Assembly (NCBI GenBank): GCA_002633005.1
Contig: NMRA01000142.1
Coordinates: forward strand, 416,860-480,859
Direction of reading: 5' to 3'
DNA: 64,000 bases
Source of the DNA: Phoronis australis
Lineage: Eukaryota > Animalia > Phoronida
Shown one piece after another: positions 41,001 through 50,731 of the stretch. A model generated the notes under the pieces. The model worked only from the letters and a program-made list of their open reading frames with translations, did not search any database and was not told where the DNA came from. Both the position numbers and the translations under genes were made by a program. The first letter of the stretch is position 1. Each line of letters starts with the position of its first letter.

Positions 41001-42217
41001 GCCGATCAATTCTGGCTCATGAGTGGTCATAGAAATTACATCGAATAACTAAAGCTAGGATGGCTGGCCCTCCAAGAATTACAAGGTCACAAATTGGCCC
41101 CCTCATCGCAATAATTCTTTCATATTTTTAGTTCCATGTTGATGTCCACTGGGGACAGCAAGACATTTATAATCTCACTGTTCCGTTTCAACTCACGTGA
41201 CTTTCCAATAAGGAAGTCAATATAGTAAGCCCATTGCGCGATAGAGACTGGAACGATCCTGAGGTTCTCTATCCTGACCTGCCTTTAACGGTACTTGTTC
41301 TTTCATTTAGGAAACGACGTCATACACAGTATAGTGAACCGTTCCAGTGTTTACGAACTAAGAGTTGAGCTGACTGATAATGAAAACTCGACGATCGTCG
41401 CGGAATTTGAAAGTTTTGAAATCTCCGACGAAAGTGATTTCTACAAGTTAAACGTCAATGGTTACATGAACACCTCAGAGGCAGGTAAGATCACCAAACA
41501 AGCCATCTGAGTTGAGTGAGTAGGAACGCTTGTGACTCTGAGAAATTGGAGTAACTGGCTTTGGTAGAATACAGACCACTGTTACTTTTGTATTATAAAA
41601 TCCAGACAAACTGTACTGTTTTGGCAGCGTTTATTGCATGCGGTGTGTTTTAATTAGCTAAATTCTATGCAGCCAGTGAGCCTGGCACACAAATCGCCAC
41701 AATCTGCACTAGAAACAATTGACAAAATCCAAATACAAAGTGATTCAGCACTAAATACTTTATATTTTAAAAGTGTATTTTGTATTAAAGTAACAATTTA
41801 TTTGCATGGTACGTGGTACTGTTAAATCACCAATTTGTTCGCAAGGTTAGTGAAAGTAGCTTGAAACAGATGCCAACTACTAAGGAAATTTCTCAAAGAA
41901 AATCGGCAGTGAAGGTAGTCTGGTTTGGCGATGAGTCTTCAGAGTTTATATCGGGATATAAATATTTCTGAGACTGTTATTTCTCTTCAGGTGATGGCGG
42001 TCTAGTTGGTCAACCTCTTTATTTCTCTACCGTCGATGCTGACCACGATCGTGACAACCAATCCAGTTGCGCCAATGAACGTCACGGAGGATGGTGGTAC
42101 GGTCTCTGTAACGAAACAGATCTGAATGGCGGTGGCTTGCAAGGGGGAGCAGTTTGGAGCTCCGAAGAAGCGTTTTTTGTAAAGACAAGCATGAAAATAA
42201 GACGGAAGTATTTTTAA
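33749..42217 (+). CDS. Secreted PAN/Apple + mucin-like repeat + fibrinogen C-terminal (FReD) protein, 5 exons, ~616-627 aa
   Basis: Exons 33749 (or ATG 33782)-35015, 38865-38983, 39969-40065, 41311-41484, 41991-42217, phases consistent. Signal peptide MTTATLTLSILISFWVISCES; PAN-type IDCCSQC...CVYASYN...TCELC...GW; FReD motifs DCSEW, YCDMETGGGGWTVIQKR, WEDYKQGFG..DYWLGND, ELRVEL, FSTVDADHD, CA...GGWWY..C..DLNG, MKIRR. Confidence 0.9.
34540..34940 (+). repeat. Coding tandem repeat, 171/168-nt (57/56-aa) period
   Basis: tacccaaagtt at 34561, 34732, 34900. Confidence 0.9.
35121..35350. mobile_element. MITE with CATG(G)GCGC termini; copy at 52243-52471, related 14597-14795
   Basis: Shared catttggc.aagtgg...aggtccccctcagagaaac...taggctgggtgcgc. 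Confidence 0.7.
35552..35709. mobile_element. Short hAT-like MITE (CAGTGGCG.AT...ATCCGCCCCTG); copies at 38154-38287, 53120-53256, 54254-54390
   Basis: Shared inverted termini and internal aaaattctccca / aaatcctggatccgcc. Confidence 0.7.
36530..36970. repeat. Degenerate ~155-180-bp tandem repeat (2.5 copies)
   Basis: gata.c.attctttac.c.gcattg.gaacaacaa at ~36536, 36718, 36872. Confidence 0.75.
37125..37258 (+). mobile_element. 3' body fragment of the same SINE family
   Basis: tctcattaatgtcggg...agatcacgcatccacggg...gtccagtttat...gttgcagccc matches the reverse complement of ~1660-1780. Confidence 0.7.
38865..38983 (+). CDS. FReD gene exon 2
   Basis: ttacag/gtgagt; DCSEWYNNG...YCDMETGGGGWT. 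Confidence 0.93.
39969..40065 (+). CDS. FReD gene exon 3
   Basis: gtgcag/gtgaga; VIQKRYGGSQNFSLLWEDYKQGFGSPSGDYWL. Confidence 0.93.
40163..40745. mobile_element. Inverted-terminus element with three internal ~150-180-bp tandem repeats
   Basis: cagcttattatt ... aataataagctg termini; repeated aaatgacatag.caagaaatccattttcgag at ~40213, 40394, 40548. Confidence 0.6.
40765..41030 (-). mobile_element. Retroelement fragment: hammerhead-like motif plus (TTACTA)n tail
   Basis: Minus strand GACCA-CTCATGA-GCC...GGC-G-GAAAC-GTC-TAGTC at 40987-41028; hexamer tail 40765-40843. Confidence 0.45.
41311..41484 (+). CDS. FReD gene exon 4
   Basis: atttag/gtaaga; NDVIH...YELRVELTD...DFYKLNVNGY. Confidence 0.93.
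41991..42217 (+). CDS. FReD gene last exon
   Basis: cttcag acceptor; FSTVDADHD...GGWWYGLC...MKIRRKYF*. Confidence 0.93.
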
Positions 42218-42810
42218 AGCGATGTGATGAGATCTCTGGTATTTTGGCTGGTTTCGAATTGAGGTGAATTTCATGAAGCGCTAGTTATTCTCGAACATTT
42301 GCTGAGGTAGTTTTACACAAAACTGATGGAGCTTCATTGTAATACTCTGGAAACCATTCCTGAGGGAAACCTGCTCAGAAGATTTCAACATTTTACGTTA
42401 ACAGGTCCCTACAACTTTGCAATGAGGATTATGTTTGTTACTTATAAATTATATAGCGCATGGGACATCACTTTCGGAAGAAAAGGAACTCTATTTGGGC
42501 GGACTTTTAAAGACCCACGCAGCGATAATTAGATCATGGATAACTCAAAATCCTCAAAATAAAATAATGTAAATCAGCGCTGACGAACCTTCCCGTTGAA
42601 GCTATCGATCAACTCTACTTGGCTCATGGTTACATCACGTGTAATTATAAATATTAACTCAACATTAGAGAGACTAAAAACGTTCAAAGATGGGGCTGCG
42701 GGGGCTCCAAATTAGTCTGACGTATGACAAAGATACTGTATACTATGATATCTTTGCTTATGACAGACTTACGCGCTAGTACTAACCTTACAACTGCTTC
42801 ATGTTGTAGA

Positions 42811-42816
42811 AATAAA
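42811..42816 (+). terminator. Candidate polyadenylation signal of FReD gene
   Basis: AATAAA ~600 nt after the stop (another at 42558). Confidence 0.35.
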
Positions 42817-44144
42817 AGTCTGTTCGTGTACGGGCAACCAAGTACTGATTCTCAGTTTCAGTTTTGCTGGGAATGTCTTTTTTAGGGTAGTTTGAGAGCC
42901 AAATGTCGATTAATTCACTTAGCATGTTTTTAAGGACATGTAGGACCCTCTAAAATGTCTAACTTTGGCTAAAGACGGAACATCATATCTGAGATATGGC
43001 TCACCGGATTCATATGAAATTAACATACAGATACTACGCTATATTCATTGTTTTTTTATAAATGTTCCGCTTTTGCACGAGGGGCTGTCAAAAATAAAAC
43101 TTTTATGATTTGTAGTAGTAAACTCAAAAGTTACATAAGCCGAAACCGAAATAACTTTGAAAACTGCAAACAGCGTTTTTGAGAAGAAATCTTATTTTGC
43201 TAGGAATGTACGTTTCTTTTTTCCCAATTTTACTGAAAAAACGTGATCACGTTCATGTCAGGGTCGTATAAAATCTAATTCTATTATAGGTTTTGAAGGT
43301 AGTTAGCACTAGTCAATAGCGTCATACATAACCTTAAACGGAGACATCATGGTGGTACGGTGTTTAACATTGCGTTTGTAACGTGTACAATGGCCCATGT
43401 TCATTTATATAACGTGTTTTCGTGCAACCCGTTACATTAATTGTCAATTGCAGCAAATAAGGTAGACGTATTTTCCGAAAAAATAGTTGTATTATACAAC
43501 CAACCTCCTTAAACACTTAACCTCAGTCGAGATTTTACTCGAAAAATGCCCTGTAGAAGTGGAAAGTGTACTCGAAGCGTACCTCGCGATTGACCACTTT
43601 TCGAGTCTGTACATGTACATTGGTTGTCACAGACCCAGGGCCCGGGGTATATTTTTTGTTCTTGAAACACGAATCGAAAACTGGCCAACTTCAAGACTCG
43701 CTTAGAATAAACCGACCCTAGGACCATATGTGGCTCCATTTTTACACTTAACCAACCACTGACTTTGTATTTCAAGTGACACAGTGTATGACGGCATTGT
43801 TAAATATTAGACAGGATAATTTGGCAAAATATATATTACTAATTTAAGGAACAGATGGGCACAGCTTTCAGTCTTTTGCTTAACTCAGAAGACACAACCC
43901 TGAATTACAAGACTAAGTACAAATATTATCGTGTGCAGTTTGACGACTTTTTAGATTTTGATACCAGTGATTCTGTTAGTAGAGCGCTTGGTGCAGTTAT
44001 CTCAAACTTCAATTCTGTGAAGGATTTCTTTTTGTATTTTTCAGTATTAAACATAATGAAAATGAAAAGAAAACATACATACCGCATACATACTTACATG
44101 TACACTTGTGGTGGGAGTTATTTACAACTCAAAAGTAAACTGCC

Positions 44145-44515
44145 TCAAAGTAAAAGTACCATATCGGCCCATCTGTTATTTAAATCTTCGAATTTTAGAT
44201 TATTGTAAAGTAAATATTTTTCAATTTTGAAATACTCAAAAACTTCCCCTTTAAAGTATGTCAAATTGGGAGTCGTGTTTTTAATACGCTGCCGATAAAT
44301 ATGAAAATTTCCTAGACATACAATTAGATTCATTACGTCTTTTCCTTCAATCTTTTCAAAAATATGTCTAAATTTGTTCATGATCCGGTCATCATCTGAA
44401 ATCCAAAAAGATCTTGTTAATCCCAGTTCCAATACAAATGGGTAATGTCTCCTGGCGCTTATTTACGAAATGTACATTGATCTCTATCGTCAACTCCAAT
44501 CTTATGTAAAAATAC
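44145..44515 (-). mobile_element. 5'-truncated L1/Tx1-type LINE ORF2 C-terminus (second copy 45430-45800)
   Basis: FLHKIGV.DRDQCTFRK..PGDITHLYWNCD..SFW...NLIVCLGNFHIYRQR...FKIEKY...NRW, a zf-RVT-like zinc-knuckle tail with frameshifts. Confidence 0.75.
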
Positions 44516-44618
44516 GGTTAGGGTCAGGGTTAGGGTTAGGGTTAGGGTTAGTGTTAGGGTTAGGGTTAGGGTTAGTGTTAGGGTTAGGGTTAGGGTTAGG
44601 GTTAGGGTTTGGGTCAGG
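44516..44618 (+). repeat. Interstitial (TTAGGG)n telomere-type tract
   Basis: ~17 hexamers with TCAGGG/TTAGTG variants. Confidence 0.95.
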
Positions 44619-45800
44619 TGGGAGTTCCGTATGTTAGGGAATGCTGGGCTGGTATTTGGGGATTCAGTGATATGACATGTTAAGAAAACATTCAAAACGT
44701 GAAATGAGAAATTCTTTGGATTTCACCGCTTCACGCCCATCCTTGCCATGCAAGGGCATCTTGAATGACTTCCTACAAGGTTTAGTCCTTTTGTGTGTAA
44801 GTTGAGCCTTTGGAATAGACTTATTAACTCGGATTCCCAACACCTCACTTGAAACATTTTAGGGACTTTATTTATTTAAGTACTTTCTTATGTCAGTCTT
44901 CTGATAGAGTGTCAAACGTGTGGATAGTAAATAATCACTGTCTCGTTTCTTCAACTCCTTACATGTCTTGTGTTGTATTCTATTCTGTTGTACGGAAGTC
45001 CTCATTGAAGTGGCTTTTGCCTTCGGGGATNTACACTTAACCAACCACTGACTTTGTATTTCAAGTGACACAGTGTATGACGGCATTGTTAAATATTAGA
45101 CAGGATAATTTGGCAAAATATATATTACTAATTTAGGGAACAGATGGGCACAGCTTTCAGTCTTTTGCTTAACTCAGAAGACACAACCCTGAATTACAAC
45201 ACTAAGTACAAATATTATCGTGTGCAGTTTGACGAATTTTTAGATTTTGATACCAGTGATTCTGTTAGTAGAGCGCTTGGTGCAGTTATCTCGAACTTCA
45301 ATTCTGTAAAGGATTTCCTTTTGTATTTTTATTAAACATAATGAAAATGAAAAGAAAACATACATACCGCATACATACTTACATGTACACTTGTGGTAGG
45401 AGTCATATACAGCTCAAAAGTAAACTGCCTCAAAGTAAAAGTACCATAGGGGCCCATCTGTTATTTAAATCTTCGAATTTTAGATTATTGTAAAGTAAAT
45501 ATTTTTCAATTTTGAAATACTCAAAAACTTCCCCTTTAAAGTGTGTCAAATTGGGAGTCGTGTTTTTAATACGCTGCCGATAAATATGAAAATTTCCTAG
45601 ACATACAATTAGATTCATTACGTCTTGTCCTTCAATCTTTCGAAAAGCATGTCTAAATTTGTTTATGATCCGGTCATCAACTGAAATCCAAAAAGATTTT
45701 GTTAATCACAGTTCCAATACAAATGGGTAATGTCCCCTGGCGTTTGTTTACGAAATGTACATTGATCTCTATCTTCAACTCCAATCTTATGTAAAAATAC

Positions 45801-45897
45801 GGTTAGGGTCAGGGTTAGGGTTAAGGTTAGTGTTAGGGTTAGGGTTAGGGTTAGTGTTAGGGTTAGGGTTAGGGTTAGGGTTAGGGTTTGGGTCAGG
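45801..45897 (+). repeat. Interstitial (TTAGGG)n tract, duplicate copy
   Basis: ~16 hexamers with TTAAGG/TTAGTG variants. Confidence 0.95.
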
Positions 45898-46599
45898 TGG
45901 GAGTTCCGTATGTTAGGGAATGCTGGGTTGGTATTTGGGGATTCAGTGATATGACATGTTAAGAAAACATTCAAAACGTGAAATGAGAAATTCTTTGGAT
46001 TTCACCGCTTCACGCCCATCCTTGCCATGCAAGGGCATCTTGGATGACTTCCTACAAGGTTTAGTCCTTTTGTGTGTAAGTTGAGCCTTTGGAATAGACT
46101 TATTAACTCGGATTCCCAACACCTCACTTGAAACATTTTAGGGACTTTATTTATTTAAGTACTTTCTTATGTCAGTCTTCTGATAGAGTGTCAAACGTGT
46201 GGATAGTAAATAATCACTGTCTCGTTTCTTCAACTCCTTACATGTCTTGTGTTGTATTCTATTCTGTTGTACGGAAGTCTTCATTGAAGTGGCTTTTGCC
46301 TTCGGGGATCTCCGGCTTATATACATATATATCCAAATGCGTTTTTTCTTTATTGGATTTCACAAATTTGTTAGACAATTAACGTAGAAAATAAATCTAA
46401 AACTAAATAAGGCGATCCAGATCCTCCCAAGGATACTATTGTGTCACGAAATGTAGAATATAAATAGGTAAATAAAACAACAAGAATGGATCAACTGAAA
46501 TTTTCGGATATAATAACGTCCTTCATCAACAGAAACAGAAATAAAGTAAAATCAAACACTAAATAAACGTATTATTATTTTATACCTCTCTCTTTAGCC

Positions 46600-47140
46600 A
46601 TTTTGGACAAAACTGGTCAGCTGACCTAAAACGTATTTTCAAATTGTACCATATCAATACTGCCTTTGCATCCAAGTCTTTCAGTGACATAAAAAGCATA
46701 GATTCTACTATGTTCAGTATTGGTGAGGAAAATTAGAACGAGGGTATTAGGCCAAAACCAAAATCGAAAACTTACATGGCATTTAAGAAAAATTTTAAAA
46801 CTGAGGAATATAATGTATTTATCGTAATCTATTTTGCCCGGGGTACGCCACGAGCTATGTTACAGAGTAAAACAAAAGGAGGATTGCGAATAATGTCATT
46901 TATTATGACGTAAATAGATAAAACTAAATAAAACTCTGTCCATCTTGTGTGTGTGCGTGCGTACGTGCGTGCGTGCGCTCCTATTTTTCTAGAATAAGAA
47001 GGTATTTATGTTGTCAGTTGTGGTATTCTTCCAATGGAGATAGAGGTTGGAAGGTACACTAATATTGAAGCAGACAATAGGATGTGTCGCTTATGCCGTG
47101 TCAGTGCTGTAGAAATGGAACTTCATTCTTTGTGATTGCA
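46600..47140 (+). mobile_element. Decayed non-LTR retrotransposon ORF2 C-terminus (L2/CR1-group-like)
   Basis: QNWSADLKRIF...KPKSKTYMAFKKNFKTEEY, then after an insertion CGILPMEIEVGRYTNIEADNRMCRLCRVSAVEMELH. Confidence 0.75.
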
Positions 47141-50048
47141 TATGACTTACTTTTCGTGTACGTGTAAGATTAAATAGGTAATTTGGGAATAACATCTTTT
47201 GTTTTCACCAATTTAAATGGGCACAATCGGTTTTATAGCGAAAAGGGGCATTTTCTGGATTGTTGTTGTTGAAGCTAGACTTCTTGAAGTTATCAGGTTT
47301 GATCAGAGCCATAAAACAACAAAGTCCGTTGTGTTTTTGTGATTTCAATAAAACCACTCATTCCCGACGTTGGCTTGCAGTCATTCATTAGAATTAACTG
47401 AAATCGAGGCCCGTGACACTGAAAATAATCGGCTACTTGACACTTTGGCTTTCAGTGTCCAGTGGTATCAGAGGTCAAAGGTTTGAATCCATCTTGGGGG
47501 TTCAAATACGCAACACTGTCGCCCATAGAGCCATTTTAGAATGAAAGAGAGCGAGGCACGGACAAAATGAGCAGTTGAATAGAATTAAACAAATTCATCT
47601 CAGACAACACTTCAACAGTTGTTCGGAGCTTTTCCATCAAAAGGATTTCGTCTTTCTTACGCGATTCTGTTTTCATTTTGCTTTTGTTTTTGACCTTTGA
47701 CCTATATCGCCTCTCGCAAGCTCGCTTTGCCCAGCATGTTTTTCAGATATGATGTCAATAACACATCAATGTTCAGGTAAAAGATACTACCCAAAAGACT
47801 GCATACATGTAGGTTTGCAACTACAGTTATCAGATTATCAGGTTTTCCAAGCGGATTTGTCCATTTAAGAAAGCGAGCTGTAACAATTAACCGAGATCCA
47901 TTCGTAATTTTTTTTTAAATTTTACAAGAGATTTCAATCCGTCAACCAAGCAACCAGAAAACGTTATAAAATTTTTCAAAACAGTTTAAGGTTAAAAATC
48001 GAATCAAAAATAGCACGAATGTCAAGTTATATCTGAAAGAGTAGGGAAGTACACATGTCCTGCCTGTCCACCGATGCAATGATCGGCAGTTCTGCGGGAA
48101 ATGTTCAAGCCATTTCGCACGGGATTAGAACAGTGCTCGATTTTGCTATCAAACGCTTAATTATAGAGAGGTTGCTCCTCCAATTATTATGCGCTATTGG
48201 ACTATTTTTCTCATGTACACTCGGAAAACTATCCTTTGGCATTTTTCACGCCAGCTTCACACACTGCCCACGCCGGGCATTTTCACGGCGCCTAGCAATA
48301 AAACAGCTGATGAGGTCTGCACAGTTTTAATGTATCGTTCGTTTTTTATAAATTTTCATATTTTGTATTTAGGTCTTTGCCTATTTGAATTTTCATAAAA
48401 TGTCTGGGTCACCGAATTTTCTTTTCGTAACAGCCGCCTAAACAAAAGCAATTCAGGCAAAAATATGAATTTTACATGAGTTACTGAAAATCAAATCTAA
48501 TTGTGTTAATCCTTTTTAAACAGATAAATTTCGTTGTGCGATGCCATTTTAAATATCACAACGGCTTTGATTGTATTTCCTGAGTAACTAATTTTCTTTA
48601 GTTGTTTGTGGACTGAGAACTTCAAATTTTGGCTTCTTTTGTCTTATTATTATGACATCCATCGCGTCTTTTATAAAGTAAGAGGGTAACCGTCTTCGTT
48701 CTTGAACTGGTTTAGCTCAAACTGTGTCACATGTGAATGTCTTCTCAAAACTCCGCCTATTTCATGATCACCCTCGTTGCATCCCACTAGATGGCGATGG
48801 TGATGTTGGGATGGTGAGACATGCTAAGTTGATAGGAAAAAGAAGGATATTTTTTTAATACATCTGAAGGCCTAAATGTTTGCACCTGGGTTTGCCTTTG
48901 GGTTTGTATGCCGTTATTGTAAAATTTGAAACTAAATAATATGTTATTTGAAATAAAGATGTATTCAATGTAACGACTACTTTGCGACGTTTTGACAAAA
49001 TAAAGCCAGAACATGGGTTCCATCGATTTAAAACATTTTTAAATAGGAAAATTTCGTATAATACAGCCTTGTATGGCCTTGAAGGTTCCACAGCACTGAA
49101 GATCTGTGCAATTAACTTTGTTAGACCCGACCTATTGTGTCGTGCCGTCAAAACTCGAACATTCTGTTTCAAAATTTTGTATAAGAGTAGACCTGTCTTT
49201 CTAACAAAAACAAAGAAACCCCGCTACGCGTTTACTGATACGACCATGTCTGCCAGCCACGCCGAGAAGCGATAGCATAGACAGAGGAACTGTGTGATAG
49301 ATTGAATCACACGATTTAGTATCTCGGTAAACCCTAGAAATTTTGTGTTTGTAAATACGACCAAACTCTGAGTTAGCTAATTGTTTTGACGAGTTTGGTT
49401 GGAACAAAACTAGGAAACTCTGCCAAACTTCCGGTGACAAACTCTCCCAAACTATTTACCGTGTTTGGCAACCCGTCTACAATCAATTTTTTTGTTCCCA
49501 AATTTGACTTTGCATGTAGTCGGTTAGCAGAGTCTCACCATGTGTGGATGTAAGCATCAAAATAATGGCTGCACGAAAAATCACTTTGTAAACTAAATGC
49601 ATTGAATCACAGTTGTAGTAAATATTCTTTTTTGATTTGCAGCGCTAAATGAAGTTGTTTTGATATAATCAGCTCATGCGACTTTTGTTTACATTATTGT
49701 TAGACAAGAGCAGATTTTTGAATGACTGAATCGTTATTTCACTTGGAATAGTCAAGTACAACGCAATTGTTTGCGTTAATCGTCTCAGCCTGTGTTTGAG
49801 GTCAAAGGCGTTTATATCCATAACCAGCGCCATTTACTACAAAAATTGACTGATAACGATTTCAATGAAATAAGTGAACTTTAAAATGATTAACAGTTAT
49901 TTAATTTTAGTATATTAAAATTGAAATGCTACAATAAATTCCGGACAAAAACATTTATAAACATTCGAATAACAATACATGAACTTTAAAAACAAAAACT
50001 TAACAGTTATGATATAAATCTCGATGTGAGATGCTGTCAGAGTTTATG

Positions 50049-50731
50049 CTATGCTAAATAGACTTTTTTAGCTTTTGAGCCATTTGGTAAAAAGAAAAAT
50101 TCCGGCGGAACGTGAAGATCCTGCCACCTGTTGACCATTTCTTTGTTCATCTCTCGCCCTTGTGCTTTGTCAACAGGTTTACTACGCGCACTTCGGAACG
50201 CCTGCTGCGTTCTTCTGAGAGCCATGGCAGACTTCCAGGGATTGGAGTTGACTGCTGACACGCTTGGTCCAGATACTGCTGTGTTTGTAGAGACGTGAGT
50301 TGACGTCGGAGACACGCATGCATATGGAGGGGGTCGTTCATTTAAGGATGGCGTTTTAGCAGTTGCTTGGTTGATCGGTACCTGGAATTGTTGCTTTGTT
50401 GACGGTCGTGTCAGTGGCGAGGTTGAAGGGGCGGAGGACGAAGGTGAACTAAAGTTTATTGAGGTTCCTGATTTTGCTGGCTTCACTTTAATTGGGTAAG
50501 GCGTTCTTTTGTAGCCATTGGCAGCCCAAGCTCTCAAATTGGCCTTCATTATTGCGATATGACGAGAAAGCGTTATGAGATCCATAAAAACAATGAAGCC
50601 AATCACAGCCAAGGCGATCGCCAATTCGACCGTGCCAATGACCACCGCTGCCGGAGCCTCGGCGGGTGCGTACTGAGGGCGCACGATGACAGGGCCCGTG
50701 ACTATAGGAGGTCGGCGTCTTCTTGGTCGAG
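50049..50731 (-). CDS. Sushi gene last exon: stalk, TM helix, cytoplasmic tail with PPPY
   Basis: ctctacag acceptor, 211-aa ORF, TAG stop. Confidence 0.88.

Larger units (their letters stand above)
43743..46309. repeat. ~1.29-kb tandem duplication with N at junction
   Basis: 43743-45030 matches 45032-46309; N at 45031. Confidence 0.9.

Noticed and set aside
42578-42610. CTGACGA...GAAG as a fourth hammerhead
   Set aside because: Lacks GAAA, a convincing stem II and a NUH site
44459-45974. ORFs with LTLTLT runs
   Set aside because: Translation of (CCCTAA)n; not protein-coding
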